The position numbers and the translations under genes are program-made. Below the pieces are notes generated by a model, which was not told the DNA's origin, ran no database searches, and worked only from the letters and a program-made list of their open reading frames with translations. Below are positions 63,760 to 64,000 of a DNA stretch of 64,000 nt, piece by piece; positions within the stretch are counted from its first letter, which is position 1, and each line of letters starts with the position of its first letter. The stretch covers positions 4,092,001 through 4,156,000 of the forward strand of contig JAWMAR010000199.1 in the NCBI GenBank assembly GCA_036785375.1. The letters run 5' to 3'. The DNA comes from Leucoraja ocellata (taxonomy: Eukaryota).

Positions 63760-64000
63760 TCGTGGAACGAGGCCCTTCAGCCCACCGAGCCCGTGCCGAC
63801 CAGTACACTATTTCTATCCTACACACTAGAGACTATTTATAGAACCCAACTAACCTACAAACCTGCACATCTCTGGGAGGAAACCGGGGCACCCAGGGAA
63901 AACCCACGCAGTCACAAGGAGAACATGCAAACTCCGTACAGACAGCACCCGTGGTCAGTGTTGAACCTGGGTCTCTGGCGCTGTGAGGCAGCAACTCTAC
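63760..64000 (-). mobile_element. HE1-like V-SINE running off the window end
   Basis: Reverse complement of the 32943-33253 body, including the B box. Confidence 0.8.

Overview
Vertebrate genomic DNA, most likely a cartilaginous fish (skate/ray), inferred from its repeats (HE1-like V-SINEs, CR1/HER1, Rex1/Babar and Penelope-like elements). The only host gene I can support is the 3' part of a class-6 semaphorin, best matching SEMA6B, on the + strand. It has seven coding exons (17167-17298, 23800-23949, 28183-28362, 32728-32868, 35723-35800, 37522-37580, 42514-43511), all flanked by GT-AG splice sites. They join in one frame and encode the Sema-domain C-terminus, PSI domain, TM helix and cytoplasmic tail. 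I found no upstream exons in the window. The introns and flanks hold an internally deleted Gypsy LTR element (921-2758), a non-autonomous Helitron with a promoter-like module (9348-10088), a solo LTR, many LINE/SINE fragments, several minisatellites and an assembly gap (28452-29408). The most striking non-genic signal is a Penelope-derived family of short elements carrying a minimal hammerhead ribozyme core (CTGAAGA-stem II-GAAAC-GTH). It occurs in four forms: attached to a GIY-YIG endonuclease remnant, as stand-alone insertions with 10-17 bp target-site duplications, as fold-back palindromes, and as two 66-bp satellite arrays that keep only the cleavage-site half. Repeat boundaries are approximate and were read by eye.
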